From a virus (taxonomy: Duplodnaviria; Caudoviricetes), in the IMG/VR virus record IMGVR_UViG_3300046787_000415, positions 1-63,948 of that record: DNA of 63,948 nucleotides; one strand, 5' to 3'. The position numbers and the translations under genes are program-made. This document shows, one piece after another, positions 37,598 to 48,589 of the stretch; the first letter of the stretch is position 1, and the number at the start of each line of letters is the position of its first letter. The notes beneath the pieces were generated by a model, which made no database searches, had not been told where the DNA came from, and was given only the letters and a program-made list of their open reading frames with translations.

Positions 37598-38136
37598 CCC
37601 CAAGCAAAAGAAGTCATAGAGTAGCGAGTTCCGTTACTCACTGGATTCACCATGTGCAGGTTCCCTGCGTGGTGGACTATAAGCACTCCACGCTTTGGTT
37701 TGTATTGAATCCCATACTCTGGATAGCAGATCTCTCCGCCATCGAAGTCACTGTTTAAGTAGATCAGGATCCCGAACCTACATTCAGCATTTCTGTTGTC
37801 AACCATGTTTTCGTCTTCATTGTCTCGATGAAGGCCAACTGGATGAAGAGTCTCTGAGTTTCTGACAATAGTCCCTGTTGGAACCATGTGGTTTGCCCCA
37901 GTGAAGAGCGATGCAATTCTATGATTTATATCCTGTATTTTATATTTTGCTTCACGCATGTGAGCAACATGCAGAGACTTGCCAGCATAGTGGCCATCGT
38001 GCGGGTTTAGATTATCTACCCTCCAGCCAGGCTCATCTGTGGATTCGGCTATACGTAGCAGAGTGTCAACTTCATCATCAGTTAGGAAGTTTTCATATTC
38101 CCAGAGTCTATCTTTGACAAGTTCTTTAAGAGGCAT
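37570..38136 (-). CDS. 2OG-Fe(II) oxygenase
   Basis: HRD, YLNSDFDGGE, H.V..V..G.RY. Confidence 0.9.
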   Translation of the reverse strand: MPLKELVKDRLWEYENFLTDDEVDTLLRIAESTDEPGWRVDNLNPHDGHYAGKSLHVAHMREAKYKIQDINHRIASLFTGANHMVPTGTIVRNSETLHPVGLHRDNEDENMVDNRNAECRFGILIYLNSDFDGGEICYPEYGIQYKPKRGVLIVHHAGNLHMVNPVSNGTRYSMTSFAWGYDAELVGI

Positions 38137-38269
38137 ATAAGAATTATATCAACGTCATGTTGCATAGATTTATACAATCTTAGACCTAAGTTTGTATGAC
38201 TTTTATGTACATTACGTTTTGTACATTAACTATGCAAATAGCGGTGTCCAGTATGCTATATTTAGTACC

Positions 38270-40105
38270 TTAGTTTCCACGATATTGCACGATTCCTAGA
38301 TTCTGGGTCCCGCCCGACGAAAGCCTAGCCACTACCTTAATCATAATCTCTTGATTGATTCGGGTAGCAATAACCCTAGAGATGGCACTAGAAGACACAG
38401 ATCCAACAACTACCCAGACATCAGTACCTAGCGGAGCTGTATATATGTCATAGCCACTAGCCCCCAATACTGCGCCCCAGGAGACATTTACTGCGCCAGA
38501 TCCAGCTCTACGCTGAGTAGCAATTACGGTCCCCTGTAGACCAGAAGGTAAGTCTGATACTGGCTCAAAGGCATTAGGTATCCCAGTGCCGAGAATGGAT
38601 AGCTCCGTAGTTGGAGCTCCAGCACCAGCAACTGTCTTCGAGACCACCCTGTAAGTATCCGTAGCCCCAGCGGTAGGCTGGCCTGCCTGGTAGTAGCTAT
38701 TAGTAGTCTCATGCACGGTGACCCAAGTGCCGTTCTTCAATACTTGAATGGCATACGAAGGAATCACGCTACCTCCGTTATAGCTAGGGGCAGACCAAGT
38801 AAGGGTGTAGTTCTTAATCTTAAAGTTCTGAGGGGCACTAGGTACGCCATATGGAGCATAGAAGTAGACCAGTGAACCTTCAGCCAGCTTAACTCCACCT
38901 CGACCATACGGCACTACCTTAACTACATAGTCAGTGTTGCTATATAGATTGTCCACACTAATTTCTGTGTAGGAGGTGTTGGCAGTGTAGATGTATCCAG
39001 CTTGGCCCTTACGTCCAATCTTTACAGAGTAGTAGCTGACACTATCCCTAGGTGTCCATGCTAGAGACACTACCCTAGGTCCTATATTCATAATGAAGAC
39101 ATCCTGCGTAGCAGGGGTCATATCTAGGGTAGGCGTGGCTGGCAGACTCACAGGGGTGCTTGCTGATGTTTTGGCTACGATAGCTATATCATTGTACGAA
39201 GACTTACCACCAACAACTACAGACTTATCTGATAGCGAGTGCAGTAGAGACTCCGCCGATATTGCTGTAGTGACAGAGCGGTTAGAGATGTAGGTAGCGA
39301 TAATCCCAGAGACAAAAGGGCTAGCCTGAGACGTTCCGCTCTTCTGCACAGACGATGAGTGATTGAACGGGGTATCTGAGGCTATACGAGACCCTGGTGC
39401 AAAGATGTCTACACAGGAACCCCAGTTAGAGAAAGGTGACTTAACGTCTACGTTATCTACAGCACCAACTGCGATAACCCCAGGGGTGCTAGCAGGGGAA
39501 CTAGTGCATGCATCAACATTAGAATTACCAGCAGCTGATACCACAATAAGACCAGCGGAGATAAGTCTAGAAGTAGCGGCATTTACTGCATCGTCCTTCG
39601 GACCACCGAGGCTCATATTCACTATCTCCAGTGATCCAGGAGCATGATTAGCCAAGATCCAGTCAATGCCAGCAGTCAATGTCGAGGTCTTACCTTGACC
39701 AGCACAGTTCAACACTCTAACTGGAACGATTGTTGCTTTCTTTGCTACACCAAAATAGGCACCAGCGGCCAGCCCAGCGACATGAGTACCATGCCCATGG
39801 CAGTCAACTTGGTCTAAGTTCTCCCCAAAAGAGTCAAACCCATCCGCGACTCTCCCGCTAAAGTCTGGGTGAGTCGAGTCAACTCCAGTATCTACTATGT
39901 AGATACGAACACCGTCGCCAGATGATCCGTAGGTGTACGCCCCGTCTTTGATGCCATCTATGCGATCTAGCGACCAGGGAGCACTGCCCTGTGTTTCCAT
40001 GATGCTAAAAGTATTCTCTACAGCTGTACTAGGCATAGCTCCGAACCCATGTGGGATAAGGGCAAGCATGGCAGCTATGGCAGTACTAGTTAGTTTTCTA
40101 ATCAT
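38270..40105 (-). CDS. exported S8 subtilisin-like serine protease (proteinase K/aqualysin type) with FN3 domains
   Basis: signal peptide; VDTG, HGTHVAG and SGTSQA triad motifs; C-terminal FN3-like repeats. Confidence 0.92.
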   Translation of the reverse strand: MIRKLTSTAIAAMLALIPHGFGAMPSTAVENTFSIMETQGSAPWSLDRIDGIKDGAYTYGSSGDGVRIYIVDTGVDSTHPDFSGRVADGFDSFGENLDQVDCHGHGTHVAGLAAGAYFGVAKKATIVPVRVLNCAGQGKTSTLTAGIDWILANHAPGSLEIVNMSLGGPKDDAVNAATSRLISAGLIVVSAAGNSNVDACTSSPASTPGVIAVGAVDNVDVKSPFSNWGSCVDIFAPGSRIASDTPFNHSSSVQKSGTSQASPFVSGIIATYISNRSVTTAISAESLLHSLSDKSVVVGGKSSYNDIAIVAKTSASTPVSLPATPTLDMTPATQDVFIMNIGPRVVSLAWTPRDSVSYYSVKIGRKGQAGYIYTANTSYTEISVDNLYSNTDYVVKVVPYGRGGVKLAEGSLVYFYAPYGVPSAPQNFKIKNYTLTWSAPSYNGGSVIPSYAIQVLKNGTWVTVHETTNSYYQAGQPTAGATDTYRVVSKTVAGAGAPTTELSILGTGIPNAFEPVSDLPSGLQGTVIATQRRAGSGAVNVSWGAVLGASGYDIYTAPLGTDVWVVVGSVSSSAISRVIATRINQEIMIKVVARLSSGGTQNLGIVQYRGN

Positions 40106-40176
40106 GTCTAGAAACTAGCATACTTATTTTATTTATGCAACTACATAGGCATGCATAAAAATAGTAGACTGAAGAG

Positions 40177-40764
40177 ATGTCAGAGATATATCATCTAGAG
40201 CAGGGAGTATTGACTCCTGAAGAGTGCCTCAAGCTAGTAGATCACATAGCCGCAACAGCAGAGGCAGATCATCGCCCTGGATACCAACACTCTGGAATTC
40301 TAATCTACGATATTTTAGCGGGAGAAGTCCCCGCTGCTGTAGCCCCTATTCGCAAAGCAATAAAACTAGCCAACTCCGTGTTTAAGAAGAACTACGAGTT
40401 TACCTACAATAGGTTTGAGCTGAAGCGGTTATTTGGCAACATCATGAGTAAGGGCGCAATAAACGAGCCTCACGACGATGATGGCGATCGATACCCTGGC
40501 AAGCAGGCAATTGAAGAGCACTACTCCTGTGTACTCATGCTAAATAGCGACTATGAAGGTGGAGAGCTCTACTTCGAGCATCACGGTGTAGAGATTCGTC
40601 TAGAAGCAGGGGATCTAATTATGTTTAGAGGTAATGCCGAGAACTTGCACGGTGTCCGCGAGGTACTTAGCGGAACTAGAACTAACGTGATTATCTTCTT
40701 TAGAAACTTCGATTTAGACGTGCCATACGATGAAGACATTTGGCTAGATTTCATATCTGAATAA
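40177..40764 (+). CDS. 2OG-Fe(II) oxygenase; close paralog of 37034-37597
   Basis: HDDDGD...HYS..LMLNSDYEGGELYFEHHGVE...FRGNAENLHGVR. Confidence 0.9.
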   Translation: MSEIYHLEQGVLTPEECLKLVDHIAATAEADHRPGYQHSGILIYDILAGEVPAAVAPIRKAIKLANSVFKKNYEFTYNRFELKRLFGNIMSKGAINEPHDDDGDRYPGKQAIEEHYSCVLMLNSDYEGGELYFEHHGVEIRLEAGDLIMFRGNAENLHGVREVLSGTRTNVIIFFRNFDLDVPYDEDIWLDFISE

Positions 40765-40835
40765 GATAACCCACACATGACTAGCTGCTGACATAGCGTC
40801 AGACTTACCAATAGACAGCGGTGTGGGTGTTTACG

Positions 40836-41212
40836 TGGAGATGGCGGGAATTGAACCCGCGTCCGATCAAGGACTAACTATTCTTCTACAAGCTTAGTCG
40901 GTGTATATTTCCAGGACCGCGCCGACACATCCTGTGGTGCTTCAGTTTTACGTCTCCAGCATGGACGCAGTGCGGGTTATTCTATTTATTTAAGACCTGA
41001 CTGCCCAGCTAGAACTACTGCTTTGTCAGGGGCTCTAAAGCGTTTCTTATTCTATACATTTTCAATGAAATGTATAGAATAAGAATCATTTACGCTACTA
41101 GTGCGAATGCTGAACGTGAGTTTGCATTTATTGCTTTGCCCGATTTAAGAGGTACAGGCTTCTCTGCTTGCTTCACTAGTTTGCTGAATGACCGTCGAAA
41201 CCTGTCATCCCC
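40836..41212 (-). ncRNA. ssrA: tmRNA, tag peptide ANSRSAFALVA*
   Basis: 5' GGGGATGACAGGTTTCGAC; 3' GACGCGGGTTCAATTCCCGCCATCTCCA tRNA-like domain with G3:U; ATAAAT-GCA resume context; tag ORF 41125-41090. Confidence 0.95.
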
Positions 41213-41231
41213 GTCATATTTAGTTATAAGA

Positions 41232-41281
41232 GTATTGTAGCAGGTAGTACTGCAGACTGACTCAGTGAAATCATACAATAC
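41232..41281 (-). ncRNA. stem-closed structured element E2 between tRNA-Trp and tmRNA
   Basis: GTATTGTA/TACAATAC 8-bp stem; core GAGTCAGTCTGCAGTACT similar to E1. Confidence 0.4.
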
Positions 41282-41283
41282 AG

Positions 41284-41351
41284 CGCCGCGTCAAGGGATC
41301 GGACCCTGCAAGACAGACTTTGGAGATCCGTCCGTACCCAGTACCCGCGAC
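41284..41351 (-). tRNA. tRNA-Trp(CCA), reduced D-arm
   Basis: CGGAT-CT-CCA-AA-GTCTG; D-arm GTAC-TGG-GTAC; T-loop TCCGATC; 68 nt. Confidence 0.65.
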
Positions 41352-41355
41352 TAAA

Positions 41356-41438
41356 TTGAACTACCTGGATTCGAACCAGGGCTTCGGATTATGTCCTGCA
41401 TTTAGACCTCCGTGTGCTGCCACTAACACTATAGCTCC
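41356..41438 (-). ncRNA. tRNA-like element with expanded, non-canonical anticodon arm
   Basis: normal acceptor, D and T arms (CCTGG-TTCGAAT-CCAGG), but CGGA/TCCG encloses 20 nt. Confidence 0.6.
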
Positions 41439-41484
41439 AGGTTCAGCTTGTCTCGGATGCCTCCGAGATAGTTCCTCTGCCTGT

Positions 41485-41558
41485 TGGAGCGGATAGGGAG
41501 AATCGAACTCCCGCCTTCAACTTGGAAGGATGAGGCACTACCATTATGCAATATCCGC
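41485..41558 (-). tRNA. tRNA-Gly(UCC)
   Basis: GCGGATA...CT-TCC-AA...TATCCGC-T-CCA. Confidence 0.92.
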
Positions 41559-41560
41559 AA

Positions 41561-41669
41561 TCGAGGCACCTAAGGTAGCGATCCGTAGGCACCTCTCCAG
41601 AACTCGCATCTGGGACGGATACCTACTTGACGGCGCAGGTATCGAGCCGAATAGAAGTAAACTTCTATC
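41561..41669 (-). ncRNA. multi-hairpin structured spacer
   Basis: stems ATAGAAG/CTTCTAT, GATACCTGC/GTAGGTATC, CCAGA-TGCGAGT-TCTGG and GAGGTGCCTA/TAGGTGCCTC. Confidence 0.35.
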
Positions 41670-41670
41670 G

Positions 41671-41743
41671 CTGCCCCAGGAGGTCTCGATCCTCCGACAT
41701 CCGAGTTAACAGCTCGGCGCTCTGCCAACTGAGCTATAGGGCA
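41671..41743 (-). tRNA. tRNA-Asn(GUU)
   Basis: CCGAG-CT-GTT-AA-CTCGG; discriminator G. Confidence 0.92.
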
Positions 41744-41895
41744 TTACGGTTTATTTTGCTCTCTTGCGGAGAGGCACCCATAAACCAAGGGCTTCGCTAC
41801 TAAACTGCAAAGAACTCGGAACTACATTGACCATTCATATGATTCCGCAGTGCTGTTTAGTACTTGATACTAGAGGTGGTCATCCTTAGTACCCC

Positions 41896-41960
41896 GTGGA
41901 CTGTAGGGATTTGAACCCTGTTACCGCCTTAACGTGGTGCTCACGCATACAGTGCAGTCC
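41896..41960 (-). ncRNA. truncated tRNA-like element (65 nt)
   Basis: GGACTG/CAGTCC acceptor; T-arm AGGG-TTCAAAT-CCCT; shrunken D-arm; 6-nt anticodon-type loop GTTAAG. Confidence 0.5.
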
Positions 41961-42024
41961 TAAGCAGTTTCGACCGCTTGCTTAGGCGGCCTTAGTACGT
42001 AGGCTTTCGCCGTCTCTAGGAGGT

Positions 42025-42153
42025 TTATTTACCTGTAACTAGGCGACGCTTTACAGCGTCCCAAATCTTTGGACGTTTCTTAGATGCTTTACCGTTCTTA
42101 CGGTCACTAGTTGATTTTGATGGAGCTGGAGCTCCACCTTTACCCTTTGCCAT
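42025..42153 (-). CDS. 42-aa highly basic protein inside the tRNA cluster (not in ORF track)
   Basis: MAKGKGGAPAPSKSTSDRKNGKASKKRPKIWDAVKRRLVTGK; AAGGAGAG RBS. Confidence 0.7.
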   Translation of the reverse strand: MAKGKGGAPAPSKSTSDRKNGKASKKRPKIWDAVKRRLVTGK

Positions 42154-42177
42154 TTTCTCTCCTTCTTTTGTTGTTAG

Positions 42178-42251
42178 TTGCGGAGGCAGGATTTGAACCT
42201 ACGATCTCTAGGTTATGAGCCTAGCGGGCTGCCGAACTGCCCCACTCCGCG
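42178..42251 (-). tRNA. initiator tRNA-fMet(CAU)
   Basis: CGCGGAG 5' end with C1:A72 mismatch; CTAGG-CT-CAT-AA-CCTAG. Confidence 0.88.
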
Positions 42252-42262
42252 TCGTATATTTA

Positions 42263-42502
42263 TTATATATCTATCCCACGGTTAGTTGCACGCCAAGTAG
42301 ATGGTGAATGATTAGCTTCAACTGCTTTTTTGTGGTCAACATCTTCATACATTCTAACTATATGAATGCATGGATCAGCGCCATCTTCAAACTCGGCATC
42401 TTCGGGTTCTGACATCGGTAGCCCGTCGTGGGTGTAGCAGACTGCTGGTCCGCACCAACCCTTTTCAACACCGTGCTTAAGCCATGCTTCAAAATCTTCC
42501 AT
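42263..42502 (-). CDS. hypothetical protein
   Basis: leaderless ATG 42502; GWCGPAVC.THDG.P...DPCIH motif. Confidence 0.7.
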   Translation of the reverse strand: MEDFEAWLKHGVEKGWCGPAVCYTHDGLPMSEPEDAEFEDGADPCIHIVRMYEDVDHKKAVEANHSPSTWRATNRGIDI

Positions 42503-42508
42503 ACATAA

Positions 42509-42537
42509 ATAATAAACCCTACCTGACATAGTGTCAA
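42509..42537 (-). promoter_or_regulatory. SigA-type promoter, likely driving the tRNA/tmRNA cluster
   Basis: TTGACA-N17-TATTAT-N6-ATG(42502). Confidence 0.75.
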
Positions 42538-42559
42538 GTAGGGTTATTATTTTTAGATA

Positions 42560-42838
42560 TTAGAGGCCAGTGTCAGATGATGGTGAAGGCTCTTCAGCGG
42601 CACTCTTGCCACCAGCCTGTCCACCGAATGCAGAGTTGATCTCGGCAACATCAAGTACACCGTCAATCATGTAAGCACGTGACAGGTTCTCTGCTACGTC
42701 CATTACACCAATAAATGCAGCCATTGCGCCTGCCTGCCAGAGTTCAACTCCAGCAATCGAACCACCAGCAAAAGTTCCGCTTACGCGAAGAATAATTAGT
42801 GCCGCAGTTCGTCTGAATACTTCAGCGAATACTCCCAT
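42560..42838 (-). CDS. membrane protein, holin candidate; paralog of 2908-3210
   Basis: shared protein motifs and shared leader sequence. Confidence 0.6.
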   Translation of the reverse strand: MGVFAEVFRRTAALIILRVSGTFAGGSIAGVELWQAGAMAAFIGVMDVAENLSRAYMIDGVLDVAEINSAFGGQAGGKSAAEEPSPSSDTGL

Positions 42839-42905
42839 TAGAAGCTCCTAGGATAGATGTGATTAATTGTCGCCTCTCTCCCAAGGGCACTCTAATTATA
42901 CCACT

Positions 42906-43199
42906 CTAAGCTGGGCGTCTGTTCCTTCTAAGCGTGCTGCGCTGAGCTTCAGTAGTTCCGCCCCATATACCCATTACTCCAGTTTTCACTGCATATGATA
43001 GGCAATCAAACTTGAGCTCACATCCGCCGCAGACGCTTTTTGCCTGCTGAATACTTGGGTAAGAACTGCCTATAATCCTGCCTTGCGCATCCTCTGTGTC
43101 GACGGAGAAGAAAAGCTCTGGGTCTACCTGAGCGCAGGCTGCCTCACCTTCAAATACAAACTTCGGAATTTCTGCATTTAGGGAGGCTTTGGATGCCAT
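42906..43199 (-). CDS. whiB: WhiB family transcriptional regulator
   Basis: C...DPELFF...AKSVCGGC...C...GIWGG.TE..R. Confidence 0.92.
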   Translation of the reverse strand: MASKASLNAEIPKFVFEGEAACAQVDPELFFSVDTEDAQGRIIGSSYPSIQQAKSVCGGCELKFDCLSYAVKTGVMGIWGGTTEAQRSTLRRNRRPA

Positions 43200-43271
43200 A
43201 GGTGTGTATCCTTCTTTAGACGTATCTATATTGTATTTAAACAAGCAAATAAATGCAACTTAGAGTAGAAG

Positions 43272-43297
43272 AAAACCCCTCCCGAAGGAGGGGTTTT
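43272..43297 (-). terminator. intrinsic terminator after nrdF
   Basis: minus strand AAAACCCCTCC-TTCG-GGAGGGTTTT followed by CTTCT. Confidence 0.8.
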
Positions 43298-43307
43298 GCA
43301 GGTAGAA

Positions 43308-46338
<3,031 letters not shown>

Positions 46339-46366
<28 letters not shown>

Positions 46367-46755
46367 AGTTGGTTTAGCCTCTCGGTTACTTGTTCGACAT
46401 CATCTGGTGTACCTAATATTTCAACGCGATACAGCAAGGGTACACCTGTTTTAGCTGAAATCATCTCGGCGGCCTTACAGTAGTGGTCACCAAAATTTGT
46501 ATTGCCGAGTCCGACAACACCGCGTAATAAAATTCTATTAGTCTCGATATTTAAAAATTTCTTAACCTGTTTTGGAATCGTATGATCATCATTTCCACCA
46601 CCATAAGTTGGCACAAATAAGACATACGGTTCAGTGACTACTAGAGGATTGTCTCTATCCCACTTCAAAGGAATTCTAGTAGTTGGTTGACCTAACTTCT
46701 CGACAAATCTCTTAGTATTTTCAGAAATATTGGAGAAGTAGACTAGGCCATACAC
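46339..46755 (-). CDS. nrdI: RNR flavodoxin
   Basis: [21 protein letters not shown]. Confidence 0.95.
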
Positions 46756-46757
46756 CC

Positions 46758-46973
46758 TTAGATGGTAGCGAGAAGGTCAGGGCGAAAACCTGACCAGTGG
46801 CTGTCGCCAGCAACTACTACTGGAGCTGCTTGGTAACCGAGAGCCTTGACGGTGTCCATGGCTGACGCATCTTTGCTCAAATCTACTACTTCGAATGCCA
46901 CTTCCTTCATTGTCAAGTATTTCTTAGTGCTTTCGCACTGAACACATGATGGGAGAGTGTACACAGTTACCAT
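46758..46973 (-). CDS. nrdH: glutaredoxin-like NrdH-redoxin
   Basis: CVQC, APVV, WSGFRPD. Confidence 0.95.
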   Translation of the reverse strand: MVTVYTLPSCVQCESTKKYLTMKEVAFEVVDLSKDASAMDTVKALGYQAAPVVVAGDSHWSGFRPDLLATI

Positions 46974-47087
46974 TTTGTTGGTACCTTTCAAGGTAGAGAT
47001 GAGAAATCCTGACGCTTTTCTGGTGAAAAATCACCTACGTCAGGACTGGCTGGATAACCAGTATAGAACAAAAATTAATCGTTGATT

Positions 47088-47318
47088 TTATTCTTCTGGT
47101 AATAGTAGCGACTCTGCTATTTTTTTGCAAATCGGGCAGATCGGAAACTTTTTAGGATCCCTGGACGGTATAAAAATCTCGCCACAGATGCCAACGACTG
47201 GCTTGCCGAGTATGTATCCTTCAGTCACTGACACGGATTCAGCATAGTGAGAGAACTTAATCTCATCTGAATCTACGTTCGAGGTCAATACATCTGGGTC
47301 ATCGAGCAATCTAGCCAT
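47088..47318 (-). CDS. DUF3039 family protein
   Basis: FSHY...G.PVV.ICG..F.P.RDP.KFPICP.CK. Confidence 0.85.
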   Translation of the reverse strand: MARLLDDPDVLTSNVDSDEIKFSHYAESVSVTEGYILGKPVVGICGEIFIPSRDPKKFPICPICKKIAESLLLPEE

Positions 47319-47408
47319 AAGTACAGTATACCTTCAACATAGAGGATACAGCCATGCGGTACAATTAAGTGAACTGTATTCCCACTCTCCAAGCCGAAAT
47401 GAGTCCAG

Positions 47409-47771
47409 TTGAGCGCCCCAGCAGCACTGTACAACATCGTAGCCGATCAAGGCTCGACACTTTCGCGCATCATCTATTACAAAGATCCAGCTAAAAAGCC
47501 TATAGCCTTCACAGGGTATAAAGCTCGTATGCAAGTTAGGGCTAATAACTCAAGTGAATCTCTAATTTTAGAGCTCACGACCGAGAATGGTGGCATTGAG
47601 CTGGGAACTACTGACGGCAGCATAGCTCTACTTGTAGATGACGTAACTATGGCCTCCATTTCAGAGGGTATCTACTCATACGATCTAGAGTTGGTAGCTC
47701 CCTCAGCAGACTTATTCGTATATAAAATCCTTCAAGGCAACTTTGCAGTTAGATCAGAGGTGACCAGATAA
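47409..47771 (+). CDS. virion structural/adaptor protein; paralog of the ORF starting at 63812
   Basis: DQGST...GYKARMQVR...YDLEL pattern seen at the start of tail-appendage operons. Confidence 0.7.
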   Translation: MSAPAALYNIVADQGSTLSRIIYYKDPAKKPIAFTGYKARMQVRANNSSESLILELTTENGGIELGTTDGSIALLVDDVTMASISEGIYSYDLELVAPSADLFVYKILQGNFAVRSEVTR

Positions 47772-48568
47772 TGGCTGGATACACAGTTAGCTCCGTTACT
47801 GCAGGCAAGCACGCTCGCCAGGTAACAGTAGCCGCTTCAGGGCCTCAGGGAGCTGCAGGGCCTAAGGGAGATAGAGGAGACGCTGGAGTCCCTGGCGGTC
47901 TCTCCGCTCCATATAAATTTTTGAATACTTATGCGTCAACAAATCCAGGAACTGGACACTTAGCCTTCAATACTTCTAGTATTTTTTCAGCAACTGCACT
48001 ATATATATCAGAGACTGACTCTCAGACAGATAGTCAGACGGGGCTACTAGATGCTGCAATAACTTCAACTAATAGCTACAAAGCAGTTATCACTGTTCAA
48101 GATGCGGTAAATACTCGAAAATTTTCTAGATACTACGTATTAGAGCAGTCGATGTCTTCTGGTTGGAGGACCCTAGACATCGCGTATATTGATGGCACTG
48201 CAAGATCCTGGACCTATAATGACAATCTAGTTTTTGTGGTCTCCCCTATTGGAGACGCAGGGACCACTGGCGCAGTAGGTCCAACGGGTGCCGTTGGTCC
48301 TGGAGTCCCTGCTGGTGGCTTGGCAGGTCAGATTCTACGTAAGACTGGGCTAGCAGACTATGCCACCGAGTGGGTAGACCCAAATCAGGTGGAAAGCGTT
48401 GCAGTATCAGAGTTGACTGATGTTCAACTCACTGATGTAGGCAATGGTCAGGTCTTGGTTTACGATCCTGAAATATCTAAATGGGTCAACAAGTCAACGC
48501 TGGAGATAGGCATATCAGCCTCCAGCATCTCAGGTACAATTAATGGTGGGTCAGCTAGCGAATTCTAG
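47771..48568 (+). CDS. tail fibre protein with short collagen-like repeats
   Basis: GPQGAAGPKGDRGDAGVPG and GDAGTTGAVGPTGAVGPG; GG..GQ.L.K...DY..EW; L.DV...GQVLVY...W.N. Confidence 0.75.
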   Translation: MAGYTVSSVTAGKHARQVTVAASGPQGAAGPKGDRGDAGVPGGLSAPYKFLNTYASTNPGTGHLAFNTSSIFSATALYISETDSQTDSQTGLLDAAITSTNSYKAVITVQDAVNTRKFSRYYVLEQSMSSGWRTLDIAYIDGTARSWTYNDNLVFVVSPIGDAGTTGAVGPTGAVGPGVPAGGLAGQILRKTGLADYATEWVDPNQVESVAVSELTDVQLTDVGNGQVLVYDPEISKWVNKSTLEIGISASSISGTINGGSASEF

Positions 48569-48589
48569 CAATAACTTTAGGGTGTAATT

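Noticed and set aside
41090-41278. 62-aa ORF in the ORF track
   Set aside because: It overlaps the tmRNA 5' domain; only the last 11 codons (the tag) are expected to be translated
41896-41960. Ochre suppressor tRNA (UUA)
   Set aside because: The loop is 6 nt in the best pairing and lacks U33 geometry; the anticodon cannot be assigned
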